From the NCBI GenBank assembly GCA_013043005.1, contig JABDOZ010000063.1, forward strand, positions 1-61,610: a stretch of 61,610 nt of DNA. The letters are read 5' to 3'. A program made the position numbers and the translations under genes. This document shows positions 61,555-61,610 of this stretch, one piece after another. How positions within the stretch are numbered: position 1 is the stretch's first letter; every line of letters starts with the position of its first letter. Source of the stretch: Flavobacteriaceae bacterium. Its GTDB lineage: Bacteria; Bacteroidota; Bacteroidia; Flavobacteriales; Flavobacteriaceae. The notes beneath the pieces were generated by a model. It did not search any database. It saw nothing but the letters and a program-made list of their open reading frames with translations, and was not told the origin of the DNA.

Positions 61555-61610
61555 CGAAAGGCTAACAACGTGTATAATTAATTGCTTTGGCAATTGCCTA
61601 CTTGGAAAAT

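Overview
AT-rich, gene-dense chromosomal core segment with about 66 intact protein-coding genes and 2 decayed ones. By eye I found no rRNA, tRNA, CRISPR array, transposase, integrase or prophage block. The source is a Bacteroidota genome, most likely a Flavobacteriaceae member. Supporting signals are a T9SS C-terminal sorting domain, PorD/DUF4835, the bamD-rpoZ-coaBC-porD-recN block, DUF5686/DUF6090 families and TAnnTTTG -7 promoter boxes. Content is mainly housekeeping: dnaA, ligA, recN, clpB, smpB, miaA, prmC, pcm, dapF, dapA, mltG, ribD, coaBC, coaE, fabI and deoC-deoD. It also holds a histidine kinase/response regulator pair, an etfB-etfA-acyl-CoA dehydrogenase operon and a four-subunit 2-oxoacid:ferredoxin oxidoreductase operon. 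I could not identify a convincing new multi-gene system, and there is no defence-island or mobile-element signature. The observations most worth follow-up are: (1) an orphan Avd-like four-helix-bundle gene bracketed by inverted arrays of 7-nt repeats (45164-45583); (2) an Etf whose small subunit carries the motif I recall as typical of electron-bifurcating Etfs, next to a long acyl-CoA dehydrogenase and near a ferredoxin-dependent oxidoreductase operon; (3) a DnaQ-exonuclease/GIY-YIG (Cho-like) fusion retaining a UvrC-type CX12CX7CX3C cysteine motif; (4) two freshly decayed secreted-protein genes, one with TGA, TAG and TAA all in the same frame; (5) a split, order-swapped 5'-nucleotidase whose halves carry different export signals. 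All calls rest on motif recognition in the supplied translations and manual reading of intergenic DNA. No database search was run.
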